This document shows, one piece after another, positions 63,728 through 64,000 of a stretch of 64,000 bases of DNA; within the stretch, counting starts at the first letter, position 1, and the number at the start of each line of letters is the position of its first letter. Origin of the DNA: a virus (Duplodnaviria; Caudoviricetes). Under the pieces are notes generated by a model. The model worked only from the letters and a program-made list of their open reading frames with translations. It ran no database searches and had not been told where the DNA came from. The position numbers were made by a program, and so were the translations under genes. The stretch is from IMG/VR virus record IMGVR_UViG_3300037743_000134, positions 14,266 to 78,265 of that record; one strand, given 5' to 3'.

Positions 63728-64000
63728 AACTACTCGAGATCAAAAAGCGTCAGAGAGCGCCGGCCACGGTGCACTACTACACGAAGAAGCTCGGCCACAT
63801 CGTGCGCTTCTTCGGCGCCGAGTCGCCCGTGTCATCGATGATGCCGGCACGCTTCGACGATTACGTGGCCCAGCGGCTCGAAGAGGGTGCCAAGCCGCAC
63901 ACGATCAGCAAGGAGATCAAGGCGGCGCGCCTTGTGGCCAAGTTGGCGGCTCGATCAGGTGCATTCCGCGGCGACCCGGCGACGTTTCAGCCGGTCGACT
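63526..64000 (+). CDS. int: Tyrosine integrase, 5' part (truncated by window end)
   Basis: GGAGG upstream; FYKRNRVWYW arm-binding region; APATVHYY..KLGH...FDDYVAQR...PHTISKEI core-binding domain; catalytic domain not in window. Confidence 0.75.
   Translation, partial: MARRAPQGFYKRNRVWYWRTDPITKQAHSSRCTNLDAAIRAHCERQRRAVDPAYAAEKDPGINSWAMKLLEIKKRQRAPATVHYYTKKLGHIVRFFGAESPVSSMMPARFDDYVAQRLEEGAKPHTISKEIKAARLVAKLAARSGAFRGDPATFQPVD

Larger units (their letters stand above)
1..64000. mobile_element. Temperate myovirus-like phage/prophage (lambda-type head, Mu-type contractile tail); both ends extend beyond window
   Basis: Continuous head-tail-lysis-early-immunity-integrase synteny with no host housekeeping genes. 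Confidence 0.95.

Noticed and set aside
1-64000. tRNA, tmRNA, rRNA genes and att core repeats
   Set aside because: No cloverleaf/T-loop pattern or long terminal direct repeat found by eye; tRNAscan-SE and flanking sequence are needed to be sure.

Overview
Nearly the whole window is one temperate tailed-phage genome (prophage or phage contig) from a high-GC host. Cys/DAG-rich lipoproteins suggest Myxococcota, but that is an inference. Left to right on the + strand: a Q-like zinc-finger regulator, a candidate cos region, a lambda-type head (terS, gpA terL, gpW, portal, S49 protease, decoration protein, gpE-like capsid), and a Mu/SfV-type contractile tail (sheath, tube, chaperone with -1 frameshift, tape measure, gpN, gpP, spike, gp46, J, gp48). 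These are followed by an unusually large fibre/appendage block containing a SPOUT-like methyltransferase, and a complex lysis block (holin-like, lipoproteins, papain-like C1 peptidase, GH73-like muramidase). A leftward early operon (Bet recombinase, many small ORFs), a cI/cro switch with shared operators, a ParB-MTase plus GHKL ATPase pair, xis and the 5' part of a tyrosine integrase complete the window. The most notable element is a roughly 7 kb cassette of soluble glycosyltransferases and SAM methyltransferases between the tail tube and tail chaperone genes, with two paralogous HNH genes, which is a candidate virion glycosylation/methylation system. Several inserted genes carry their own near-leaderless -10 promoters. 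No CRISPR array, rRNA, tRNA, reverse transcriptase or recognisable replication initiator was seen. All family assignments come from motif recognition by eye, not database searches.
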